From: Candidatus Iainarchaeum sp.
Lineage (GTDB): Archaea > Iainarchaeota > Iainarchaeia > Iainarchaeales > DTGL01
NCBI GenBank assembly: GCA_026413945.1
Contig: JAOAJX010000006.1
Location: forward strand, 20,519 to 84,518
DNA: 64,000 nt
Direction of reading: 5' to 3'
The stretch's first letter is position 1. Every line of letters starts with the position of its first letter. Position numbers and translations under genes: made by a program. Positions 63,267 to 64,000 of this stretch are shown piece by piece. The notes beneath the pieces were generated by a model. That model made no database searches. It was not told the origin of the DNA and was given only the letters and a program-made list of their open reading frames with translations.

Positions 63267-64000
63267 ATGATAAAGAAAAGCTTTTATCTTTTTTTAATTT
63301 TGTCTGTGTTTTTTTCTCCTAAATATTTAAATGCACAATCGGATTCAGCAGTAGGTTATACTGAGCTTAGCTTAGTTTTTATATCTTCAGCTTGTAGTAT
63401 TAACAGAGAACAATTTTCACCAGTTGTAAAAGATTATGAGGGAAAAATCTTCAATTACTTCCGATTACCTCCACAGGTTACAAGTCAAGGAATTATAAGG
63501 TCAGATGAAAATGAATTTGGGCAAGCAACAAGAATAGTTGTTGGAATGGAAGTTTCATTGGGAAGCGCTGACTCTGGTTATAAAATAAACTTTCTCAAAA
63601 ATGATGTTCCTGTTGAGAAGGCACCAAGTCACCTTACCTTAGCTTACGGAATTGCTGTTGAGCCACCAACAGGCGAAGATCAGCCACAACCAGGTAAACA
63701 GCCACAGCCTAGGAAAAACGAGTGGATAAATGAGGGTGGTAAAATAGGTTCGCCGCCAATGATAAATGTTTCTAAGGAGTTTATTTCAAAGCTTTGTGAT
63801 AAAGGCCAAAGCAAGTATTGGCACTCGGCTTATTACTGTGGTGACAAATATTGTACAATAAAGCAAACTAAACCGTATCTTACAACAATGGGAATAAGCG
63901 AATGCAGAGTATTTCCTCATAAAAAATTCGAAACGGAAGTCAAGAAGGTAACCTCCATACCTGATGTTTATATGGCAAGCAATGGCTATGAAGCCCATGT
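63267..64000 (+). CDS. Secreted hypothetical protein, 3'-truncated (not in ORF track)
   Basis: Manual translation is open to the window end: MIKKSFYLFLILSVFFSPKYLNA|QSDSAVGY... Sec-type signal peptide, PQ-rich linker, several Cys. Confidence 0.8.
   Translation, partial: MIKKSFYLFLILSVFFSPKYLNAQSDSAVGYTELSLVFISSACSINREQFSPVVKDYEGKIFNYFRLPPQVTSQGIIRSDENEFGQATRIVVGMEVSLGSADSGYKINFLKNDVPVEKAPSHLTLAYGIAVEPPTGEDQPQPGKQPQPRKNEWINEGGKIGSPPMINVSKEFISKLCDKGQSKYWHSAYYCGDKYCTIKQTKPYLTTMGISECRVFPHKKFETEVKKVTSIPDVYMASNGYEAH

Overview
Archaeal genomic DNA, most likely a DPANN lineage (Iainarchaeota/Diapherotrites-like; inferred from gene content, GGTG-type Shine-Dalgarno sites, BRE/TATA promoters, archaeal PolB, type II Map and PAC2). 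About 8-54 kb is one large cell-surface locus: divergent operons with a VirB11/TadA/FlaI-family ATPase, a fused two-domain TadB/C (FlaJ-like) platform protein, eight pilin-like genes (one of 55 aa is missing from the ORF track), an exosortase/archaeosortase with an intact Cys-Arg-His triad, and four tandem, paralogous, membrane-anchored giant proteins (2296-2826 aa, 10,253 aa in total). The giants share a conserved core but carry different modules: a hydrophobic hairpin, Cys-rich repeats and an SLT-like tail. Small paralogous membrane proteins and an apparently inactive HerA/VirB4-like ATPase follow. The left edge holds a 5'-truncated protein of more than 1400 aa with a candidate C-terminal sorting signal, plus a PAC2 chaperone with an HbYX tail. 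The right 10 kb is housekeeping: PolB (steric-gate Tyr replaced by His), Map, five tRNAs (Arg-GCG, Leu-CAG, His-GTG, Thr-GGT, Met-CAT), hisS, a membrane-anchored ArsR-type regulator, a degenerate RpiA and a 3'-truncated secreted protein. No CRISPR array, transposase, integrase or rRNA was seen. All assignments come from reading motifs by eye; no database search was run.
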